64,000 nucleotides of DNA from contig MU054132.1 of NCBI GenBank assembly GCA_013239625.1, positions 124,001 to 188,000 of the forward strand. The letters run 5' to 3'. Shown here piece after piece: positions 28,140 through 38,300 of this stretch (position 1 is the first letter of the stretch; every line of letters begins with the position of its first letter). The position numbers and the translations under genes were made by a program. Source of the DNA: Lama guanicoe (lineage: Eukaryota). Below the pieces are notes generated by a model. That model saw only the letters and a program-made list of their open reading frames with translations, did no database searches and was not told the origin of the DNA.

Positions 28140-28345
28140 GCCTGACCAAGCCAACCAGGAAAGCCCCAACCGCACTTGGACCTGAGCTGACCCAAACCTG
28201 ACCTCGACTCTCACTCTAATCTACCTCATCCTAAACTCTCACCCTCACTTCAGTCCTAACTCCTAACCCTAATCTGACACTGATCTTGACTCTGATCTTA
28301 ACCCTAATCCCTAACATTGATCTTGACCCTAACCCTGAACTTATC
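28140..28345. repeat. Degenerate hexamer (CCCTAA/CCTGAC-like) array
   Basis: 6-bp periodicity: cctaac tcctaa ccctaa tctgac actgat cttgac. Confidence 0.75.
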
Positions 28346-29779
28346 CCTTCCCCAGTGCCCACGGGAGGGCAGTCCACACCATCTGCTGACCCCACAGTGG
28401 GCAGCCATCCACCTGGGAGCGCCGACAGCTGAGGCCAGGTGGACTTCACTCAGGTTCCTGCTCAGGGAGCATTTGCTTCATATACACAGCATAGCCCCTT
28501 CTCTGGGGCTGCGGGGGGCAAGGGGCTGCCCAGGCTACCCTGGCTCCCAGCACCTCGAGGGTGGTCTGAATAAACAGCCTTTGGTCAGAGCTCTAGCTGT
28601 TCACCAGCCCCCACTTTGGATTAGCCATGGACTCAATTTCTTCAGCTCCCCCTCCTCTCTGCCCAGCAAGCACAGGCAGTCTGCTGGTGCCTTTTTGGCA
28701 GAGGAGAGCCAGCCCTTTTCACCTGAAGAGGGCTGGGATCTCATTTGATGTGTTCCAGACCATACCCCATGCAGGGAACAGGGCTGGCATCCAGGAGGCT
28801 CCTGGCAAGGCTCACTGACTGCAGGAGGGAGGCAGGACTCTCTGGCCCCCGTCCCCTTCAGGAGGATACCAGCTCCATCAACCACAACTGGGTTAACAGC
28901 TGAAGCCTGGCTACCACATCCTGCAGTGGGAGCTCAATGGCCTGCAGCAGATCATTGCATGGAGACGCCTGCCAGACCAGCAACATCGCTGCCAGGTGTG
29001 GAAGGGGCCCTGGGCCAGGAGGACCAGGCCCGAGCCCCTGGTGCCCTGGAGAGGTCCACCTGAGCCTCAGAGACAGAGAGGACATCTGTCTTTTCTTCCC
29101 TTTCTGCTGAGGCTTTGGCATCAACTTCCAGTCTGTTCCTGGCACAAGTTTGACCGGGCCTCCATTCCCCTGTGGATCCCTGCCTGTCCTGGTCATGCCT
29201 GAGGGGCTTCTGTTTGCACAGATGCTACAGGCGCTGCCAGCCTTAAATGCAGACCTGCCCTGGGGACCAAGGACCTTCAGTCTGGCCTCTCCTGAGTCAA
29301 GCTGTTTCCATTCTTGGCTCCCACTGCTATTGACGCCAGCCCAGGGAGAGGTGGTGAGCAGTGTGCCTGCAGAACAGGGGAAAGCAGGCACCCCTCTGTC
29401 ACACACCAGTAAGGTGATGGGGCTGGGGAAGGGGCTCTGGGGAAGAGCTGGGGAGTGAGGAGGCTCCTGCCTTGGGACACGGGGCTTCACAGGAGCTGGG
29501 AATGTGAGGACAGAGCAGCCTGGGACCCAATGGCACTGGAGGAGGACATTTCTGGGGACAGAACATTGAGAGGCAGGAGCTGGAGAGCAGGGGGTGGCAG
29601 CAGATAAGTTTGACTGTTGAGGGGGAGCAGTGGGCAGGGGAAGCCGAGGTTGAGAGGTTGCCTGAGCCTGCACACAGGTCCAGGGCTGCAGCTGGCGGCG
29701 GGGTTGGGTCACCAGGGCAAAGGTGGGTCTCCAGGGCCAGAGCTGTGAGACTCGGACACGTCTGCTCACTGAGAGGTCG

Positions 29780-29785
29780 TTTAAT
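29780..29785 (-). terminator. Candidate ALS2CL polyadenylation signal ATTAAA
   Basis: First AATAAA/ATTAAA-type hexamer I noticed on the minus strand beyond the stop, ~2.5 kb downstream; unverified. Confidence 0.35.
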
Positions 29786-32279
29786 AACTCTCAGTGTCTC
29801 TGTCTTTCTCAGCCCCAAGTCCAGGCCCTTGAGGGCAGGGCAGGCGTGGTCCTTCATAGCCTGTCAGAACGCCACCTGTGGGCTGCCAACAAGCAGTGTC
29901 ACCCTTGGCCTCTCTCCTGTCTGGCCCTGGTGATCCTCAAGTCCTGACTGAGATCTACTATGAAGAATTTTACCTCTTCCTCACGATCACTGCTGAAAGC
30001 CGAGTCCTCACTCTGGAGAAGAGACAGGGACCAGAAAGATGGAGGGCAGAGGGGGCCTGAACTGGGCCCCTCCAGGCTGCTTCTGATGCCAGCCAGCTCA
30101 CGGAGGTGCTGGAGTCCCTGGTTACCAACCTGACTTGCAGAGCGGACACCAGTGCTCTCGCTGTGGCCGAAGGGGCTCCTGCAGCAACCGGAAGAGATCA
30201 TCACTGGGGTGTGGACTCGCCTGCCTGTGGGTAGTTATTTCCATCAGCCTCCCAGAGGCACCCACACGGCAGGTGGTGACCTGGCTCCAGGTGTCTCTTC
30301 AGTAAAGAAGCACTGCCCACAGCTGTCAGTTTGCTCACTCGCTAATGCGAAGGCTCCTGCCAGCTCTATTGTTTTGTTGAAAGGGTTCGACCCAGCAGCC
30401 TGAGCGGCCCTGGAAATCTTCTGAGGGCCTGTCCAGAGGCCCCAGTTCAGTAGGTGCAGGAGATGCCCAGAGAGAGGGTGGGTGGAAGGGTCCTGGTCAG
30501 TCTGAACTGCAGTGAGCTTCTGCTGATCCTGACGGAGGCCCAGTAGCATGTGGGGCTCTCTGGAGTGAGGTTGCAGCATCGCACCAACTCAGGGCTGCCT
30601 TCAGGCACGGCTGTTGTCACTTGTCAAGGGACAGAAACTAGCTGATAACCATTGGAGAGGGCTAACATGCTGGTGAGCTGCCCACAGCATTCTGGACATC
30701 CTCACTCTTCATTAGTTCGACTCCCTTCCAGGGACCTCCATGGGACCACCACAGGGGTCTCTGACAAAACCAGAGCCCAAGACCTTTCTGCATTCAAGCT
30801 GCCATATTTGGAGGAACCAGCCAGAGAAAGCTCTCCCCCACCCCTTCCCCTGGGGGTGGAAGCGCAGCGGGCCAGCTGAGTCTCTCAGCCCACTGCCCCA
30901 CATTGTCTCTGAGGGTCTTTGGGACACTGTCCCCGCCAGGCTCCTGGAGGGGATTCAGCCTTGGGCTCAGGAGGGCTGGGCTTTCTCAGAGACCCCCGCA
31001 GCCCTCCCCTCACAGGCCGAGGTTGGGGCTTCATTTATGGAAGGCACACCTAGAGCCAAGACAGGTGACCCAACGTGCTTACAGTCCAGGATGGGCCTGT
31101 CAGCTGGGCCCAGCTTGTCCTCCAGAGCTATGGCCCTGCATAAATCCACCCTCTCCCCATGCTGTGCCCCTGGACCACCTCAGAACAGTCACCCTGCCAG
31201 AACACTCACATCTCCCGTTAGGGCAGGGGGAGTCCCTGCAGGTCACCAGGCCTATCGGGAGGAGACACTGAGGCCCGGCAGGGATGAAGCCCTCCCCCCC
31301 TCCCCCGACAAGACCCAGCTCTTTTGGTCCCACACTAGACCCACTAATTAAATAAAGTCCTCCCCGCCCCAAGGCACCTGAACCCCCATTGCCTCCCTCC
31401 CCGACTCCTGGCAGGTCCTAAACCAGAGGCGCTTGACAGTCAGAGCACAGGCCAGCCTTCTGCCCCTGCTGTCCCTCCTGCACAGAGGCCCACAGAGGTC
31501 ACAGGTGTGTAATTCCCATGGCACCTGCTGGGGTGAGGCAGTTAAGGTACGTCTCCTCCCCCCACCTCCGCAGCTTGCTCCAGCACCGCCATGATATGTG
31601 GAGCGCAGGTCAGAGACCTCCAAGCCCACCCCCTCAACTGCATACCCGACGAGGGGCAGGGCTTGCCAGAGGCCACCCAGTAGGTCAGGTGGAGCTGGAG
31701 CTGTTCCTGCTTTGCAGCCCTGAGAGGCCAGACGGCCTTGGGGCAGAGTCGGGAAGGAAGAAGGTCCACAGGAGATGACTCGTGGGAAAAAGGCTCGATA
31801 AACAGAGTGGTCACTAGCAGCTTGGAGCCTCTGACCAGGAATGGAAAAACGGAACGACATGGACTGTGACATGAGAACTTCAGTTACAGCCCAACAGACC
31901 AAAGGCAGTCTTCCAGAAGGATGCTAGAATTCAGCAAGATGGATGAGAGGTCCTTTACAGACCATCTAGTCCACCATTTTACAGATGGCAACACTGAGGC
32001 CCAGAGAGGCTCAGTAACTTGGAGGCAAGGCTCAGGCAGAGGATGGGAGGAGGGGAAACCATCAGTTCTGGGGCCACACCCGTCACCCCCCACCCCTCAT
32101 CCCAGTCAGGACAGCAGCAGCATTTCCTGGGAGAAACCTCATCTCCTCCAAGAGACACACCCAGAACCCATCCGGCCCTCTGCTCCCTGGGCCACAGGGG
32201 CCACGCTGGGCTGTGCTTGCTCCACGAGAATTCTATGGCGGCCCCTCTCAGTTCTGCAGTTTGTCCAGGAGAAGTCAAG

Positions 32280-32357
32280 CTACCAGGGCTCCTTGGAGTT
32301 CCAGCAGCCATATAAGCGGTGCAGCTTCATGTCCTTCTGGATGTGCTCGTAACAGGA
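32280..32357 (-). CDS. ALS2CL: ALS2CL last coding exon (CDS part)
   Basis: SCYEHIQKDMKLHRLYGCWNSKEPW then TAG at 32282-32280. Confidence 0.94.
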   Translation of the reverse strand, partial: SCYEHIQKDMKLHRLYGCWNSKEPW

Positions 32358-35300
32358 CTGGCGGGAGAGAGGCAAGGCTGAGGCCAGCTGGCCCCCCTGC
32401 TCCCAGCCACGGGCACAGGCCTGATACTGGGTTGCTTCCAGTTGGGCTCAGGAGTGTAGGGCCTGGACTACTATGTCTCCAACTCAGGCCTCAGCCACAG
32501 TCTGCAAGGAAATGGGGTCTTCCCTCTCCTATGGGGCTCGGGGATGCAGCCTGGAACACTCTCAGCCCCGGGGAGCTGAGAGCTGGGATGCACTGTGCCC
32601 ACATCCCCGCACCCAGCCCCTTTTAACAAGGGCAGGAGCAGGGGCTCTGTGAGGACCCTTCCCATGGAGACACACATGAGCTGTGAATTTGAGCTTATCC
32701 CACGATGGTGTCTGGGGCCAGAAAGGGGTCTGCCCCAGCGGCCAGGGCTTTTCTGCCTGGGCCCACCGCCTCTGCCCCTCACCTCCAGGGCCGTGAGCAG
32801 GAAGTCATACAGGCCTCCTGTGTGCATGGGGTCCATCATATCACGGATCAGGTGGATCTCAGCTCCTAGGTGCTGGATTCTGGAGGACAACCGACCCACA
32901 GTGAGAGGGAGAAGGGGACCTCTCAGGGACAGGCACCCAGCAGATGGGAAGGAGCCCTGGTCTGGGAGGTTGGACACCTGGGATGTGGTCTCTGCTCTGC
33001 ATCTGGCACCCATGGGACTCTGGGTGGGCCACTCTGGGCCTCAGCTTCCTCAACTGTACCAAGAAAGGCTCTGTCCATAAACCCTGACGTTCAAAGACTT
33101 CAGAGTGGGCCTTGGTTGAGGGTGGACAGGATGGGAAGGGAAACTCCTGCAGCCCACCCCCAGCTCCCAGCCTGGCTGGGACTCACCGGGCACGTGACAC
33201 CACATAGATGAGCAGCGGCAGCAGGTCATCCATGGGCAGCTTGTGCTCCTGGCCCAGCACCCGCGACACGGTGGCCTCTATTTCCCCATACGTCCTCTCC
33301 AGCACCTCCAGCTTCTCCCGGGGGTCCATGGTGGTGCTGCAGCAAGGTAGCTGGCTCCAGATCAAGGCCCTCAGGTTCAATCCCAACCAGGGGCCTCAAC
33401 ACTCCTGCCTCCCACCCTACCCTCCCCAGGGTATAGACTCACATCATCTTCTGCAGACACTCCGTGGCTGACAAGAAGCACTTGTCCCTGACCAGGGAGT
33501 ATCTCTGTGGTGGGGAAGCACGTTAGATGAGGTCCCAGTCCCCCAGCTCTGTCACCTCCTCCCTCCCAGGGTCAAGGCTGGCCCTGAGCCCCTCATCACC
33601 CACCCCTTCCCCATCACTGGTTTCAGCACAGCTCTGCCCAAAGGGTTGAGTGACCCAGGGTAAGTCACAGCTCCACTGTAAGCCTCAGTTTACTCAACTG
33701 TAAGGTGGGGTAAATGGTCTCCAGGAGGCTGAGCGAATCAAAATGGATAAACATTCTGGTAACATGGATAAACAAAATGGTAACAGCCAATGGTCACTGG
33801 GTGCCACCCAGTTCTAAGTGCCAATGTCAATGGCTCTCGAACCCCAGTGCTTGTTGAAACACAGATTCCAAGTTCATTACCTGAGTTTCTGACTCAGTAG
33901 GTCTGGTCTGCGTTTCTAACAAGATCTAGGCTGATGCTGCTGGCCTGGTGAGCACACTTTGAGAACCACTGGCCCTTGTGTTCTGGCCTGCTTCCCCCCA
34001 TGATAATTACATGAGTATTGCAACAGGGAGTACTACCACAGATGGGGAAACTGAGGCATGGAGATCGAGTATCTTGCCCGTGGTCGTACAGCCAGTAAAA
34101 GGGGTGAAGCCCACATGTAAGCCTGGTCACAGTGGCTGTGCACTCACCCACATGGGAGTCAGATGGCACAGAAAGCCCGCCATCTCCTCCATCACCCACC
34201 TCTGCCCTGCCCCGGCTCCTCTGCAGCCTCTGACCAGTGACCATGAGGCAGGGAGCTGCTTGGAAGCCCAGGCGAACCTGGGGGCCTCGCTCAGGCTCAG
34301 GCCTCCCTCTCCCGGGCAGGTGATGGGCTCACTGTCTCACCTGATTGGTCGTCAGTGTGAGGTCCTTGAGGGGCCACAGATGCCTGAAATTTAAGAAGCG
34401 AGATGAGAGGTTTTACCAGGATCAGGGGGCAGGGTCTAAGGTCAGAGGGCAAATTTCCTGTGTCCCCATGTCCCCCCACAGGGCTGAGCACAGGGAAGGG
34501 GCAGGGGATAAACAATGACATCCCAGAGAGCTTGTGTGGAGCCCAGGAAAGGGGAGGCCAGGAGGGGCTCCTTGAGAGGGCCGCCCTCCATGTGGCCCCA
34601 AAACACAAGCAGGACTTGGACACAGTGGAAGATGAAGGCTGTAGGCCAGAGGACCCTCAAGGGCAAAGTCCTGGGGGTCGGGCCAGACAGCAAGGTAGAC
34701 TAGAGATAGACCAACAGAGAAAGAGAGAAGTTGCTTCCCTTTATCATGCAGTTAAGCACCTAGATCCAGCCACACCTGAATCTAGTCACACCCAATACAC
34801 TCTAGAACTTCTTGGGTACATAAGCTAATTAACCTACCCCCCCCCTTTTTTTTGCTGAAAACAATTTGAGTTGAGTTTGTATCCTCTGCTACACAAGAAC
34901 TCTGGCAAACGTGGTGTTTGAGGGGTGGGAGGGGTGAAGCTTACTTCTGCACGTCCAGGAACTCAAGTAGCTTGGTGTCGGGGAAAAGGCTCAGGTTGGC
35001 GATGCCCTGGCTGTAGAGACTATCCTCCCTCTCATGAAGAAGTAGGTAAAGAGTGAAGAGCTCCGAGTAGAAGCTGGGCAGCACAAGGGGCAGCACCAAT
35101 CTATGCACCTGCAGGTCCCTGAGTGAGAGCCATCAGGACAGGTCGGGGTCAGCAGGGTGATGGTGAGGAATCTACTTGGGTTGCCTTTCAAAGAGCCCAC
35201 AGAGCTCCTCGTCCACCACAAACAGTGTCCCTCCTCCACTCCTGAGAAGACCCTTCCCAGCCTGTTCTTAGTCACATCACAGTCAATTGATATCCAAGAC

Positions 35301-38300
35301 CACTTCATTCTCTCATTTAATTTTGAGAACCAATATGGCAGGTGGGGCAGGATTTTGATCCCCATCTGATTGAATGCAAAACCAGGGCCCTAATGGACAA
35401 GTGACTTGTGGCAAAGCTCTCAGCAGCCATTCCAGGTGAGTTCGGTTCTGCCTCCTAGTTTTCTGTGATTCCTAGGACTTCGGGGCAAGTGCTCCCTAAC
35501 GTCTAACCCCATTTCCCATGCCTCCTGCAATGCAATGACAGAACGGCCTCTCCGATCAGGAACTCCAGGCCTGGAATCTGAAGGTAAATTTTAAGGTTTG
35601 GTCTGGGGGTACTGGGAGAGACAGATTTAATAACCCACTTAACTCCTGCCCTGTGTGACCTCCGACTCAGTCCCTGCCAGACCTCAGTTTCCCCATCTGT
35701 GCACAGGGAGAAGGAGGTGCCTGGGGCAGCTGCTCACCCTCCGTGCACCCAACAGAGGAAGTTGGGACAACATGCTTAGAACAAAGATGCATTTGCTGTA
35801 TCATGCAGTGCCCCCTCCCAGGTTGATCAAGGAACTGAGGTCATGGGTCCTTCTGATCATTGAAGGGTCAATGAACAATGTTTGGTCAACAGCATGAACC
35901 CCAGCACTTCCCCTGAAATGCCCCTTTCCCCTGAGGGAGGCCCCAGGAGCAAAAGTGTGAGGCTGCATCAGGGGAGAGGACCTGCAGACTCCACGGGGGC
36001 GGTCACCTTGTCTCTGCATCTTCATCTTCCTCTGGGGCCTGGCCCTTGCGCTCTAAGGCAACCTGCAGCAGACCCCTGCAAACCAGAGAGAGAGGCGGTG
36101 AAACTGCTGTCTTCCACAGAATGCGAGTCTACCAAAGGCCAGGCAGGTGGGCTGCGCCCCCCAGAACCACGGAGCATGAAGTCTGCAGAGCCCAGCCTCC
36201 AAAACCTCAGCAATCAGGAGGCTGGAAGTACTGGATGTCCACGCAAGAGTCCTGGAAAGCCATAGCAGAAGGAACTGCAGCGTCTCGAGCTCCTGTGTGT
36301 AATGTTTGATGACATCATAGCTCAGCAAGGACTGGAGATGGGGTCTAAGTCCAGGGTCAGGCTCAGCCTGCAGTGGCGTTAAGAGTTCCCCTGGGGTCAA
36401 GGGCCAGCCTAGGGCCTGACTGGGGCTTGGACTCTGGTTGCAGGCTGCGGTCAGGCCTTGTTATCACCTCTGACCTCGGTGTGCACCAGCTGCATGCTGA
36501 CCAATCCACCCTCTGGTTTTTTCTTGATCCAGACCAAAGGCAGAGGCTCCACTCCTGCCCAGGCACTAGGAAAGAGCAGAGCCCCACCCTGCTGGGGTCA
36601 CAGGGCAGTGGCTGCCCCCACGTGCCACCGAGCTCACCTATAGGCAGCCCAGAGTTCCTGGGCGTGCTGCTTCACCTCCTCCTGCGCCAGCCCCTGCAGG
36701 TGCTTGTTGGCCCCGATGCCTGTGTATGTGGCCTGGAAAGTCAGCATCAGCGTCTGGAGCAGCTTTCCCAGGGGGTGCAGTGAGTTGCTCAGAGCCTGGG
36801 CAGGTGAAAAGGCAGCAAAGAGATGCTCAGCACTAGGGGCCACAGCACAGCATACCCAGGCAAGACCACAAGACTGCTCCCATTTCTTAGATGGGAACAC
36901 CGAGGCCCTCTCAGAAAGGGCCCACAGGCCTGTCCCCTCTGCTCAGTAACCTCCCCTGGAACCCTCACCTTCCTGAGGTACTGCTGCAGGGCCTCAGGCT
37001 CCCGGTGCTGCAGCAGCTCCTCCAGGATGTCCTCCATCCTGCCCACGCGGTCCTCGGGGTGGGTCCTGGGGCACCACGCACACGTGTCTCTCACTGATGC
37101 CCGGGCCCACCTCCTCTGGGAAGCCTTCCTCCCTGGCCCACTCAGAGTCCCACTGACCCCAGCACCAGCTCTCTGGATGCCCCATGGATACACACACCCA
37201 CACACGCCTGGGCCTCACCTCTCGCAGCACAGGTACTCCTGGGACTTGCGCAGCTCCCTCGAGCTCTGCACGTGGAAGCCCAGCAGGGCCTCCCGCAGGT
37301 CTCCGGGGCAGCCAGCACGAACAAAGTCCCGGAAGGGGCCATAGACGCCTTGCCAGCGGCTCTCCACAGGGAAGGCACCCAGACCCAGCTGCCTGCGATG
37401 GAGGTGGTGGGAAACGGGATAGGGATGGACTCATGTTGGGCAGGACCCTGTCCAGCCCTTGGAGAGATGGGGGTATCCCACCCAGCCTAGAGTCAGGGCC
37501 TGGGTAGGGTAGATGAACAGAGGAATGCAGAAGGGCCTGACCTCCAGGACTCCAGGAGGAGAAAGGACAGGCAGAGAAGGGACAGAGAGAATCTACTCCA
37601 TGATAGAGAAGAGGGAGGGGGCACACAGAGCCCTGGAAATGAGAAAGAAAGAGCTGCAGAGCTGGACACCAAGCCCAGAGAGTGGGGTCTTGGCCTAAGA
37701 GAGACCAGGGCCTGAAGCCCAGGATTCCCTTGCCACAAGATCCCACTCTCCCTCCCACCACACCTGGTTCCTTCCCGAGTTTGGCCAACAGGCCCAGGGG
37801 TCTGGCTTTGTGTGTGTCTAGTGAACACTGCCCTCCATGTCGTGCTCACAGATTTTCCTACACCTGCACCCTACCCGGGCTGGGTAATGTCCCTAGGGTT
37901 TGCCATCCACTTCTATGTCCTATCGTCAGGGAAAAGAAACATGCAGGGACGATAGGTCAAGTAATCACCTGTATCTCCTCCCCACATCCGAAATGCTAGC
38001 TGGCACCATTAGAACCACCACCCACACCTCAACAACATAACAAGAGTCACCACTTGAACACAGTTTTCCAAGGAAGAGCCCTGTCCCTATTCTATCCCCT
38101 TCTCAGATATCCTATGATAGGGACAGTGATTCCACTTAACAAGTTTCCTTCTTCATCTTGTCTGCCAGGGAACTCAGAGCCAGGCCAATACATGGTCATA
38201 ACTGTCGTAGGGCCTATCTGCGCTTCCCTTTCTTTTCAGTTCAACTCAGACTTTTATTTCCTATTTTATTCTTGTTTGTCTGTTTTGTTTTATAAACTGC

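Larger units (their letters stand above)
22223..29340 (+). pseudogene. Decayed, intron-containing EHD-family (EH-domain dynamin-like ATPase) gene remnant
   Basis: Colinear exon-like blocks at 22223-22279, ~27280-27500, ~27677-27871, 27943-28120, 28398-28560, 28862-28995 and ~29112-29340. Translations resemble successive parts of EHD1/sarcalumenin (by eye, from memory). Several stops and frameshifts; the G3 segment is missing. Confidence 0.65.

Noticed and set aside
27548..28195. 215-aa minus-strand ORF
   Set aside because: No splice or homology support; the splice signals and protein similarity here are on the + strand.
28858..29769. 303-aa minus-strand ORF
   Set aside because: Low-complexity Pro/Ser-rich translation with no recognisable family; better explained as the antisense shadow of the + strand relic in GC-rich DNA.
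30740..31902. 203-aa and 184-aa ORFs downstream of the ALS2CL stop
   Set aside because: GC-rich presumed 3'UTR with no coding signature.
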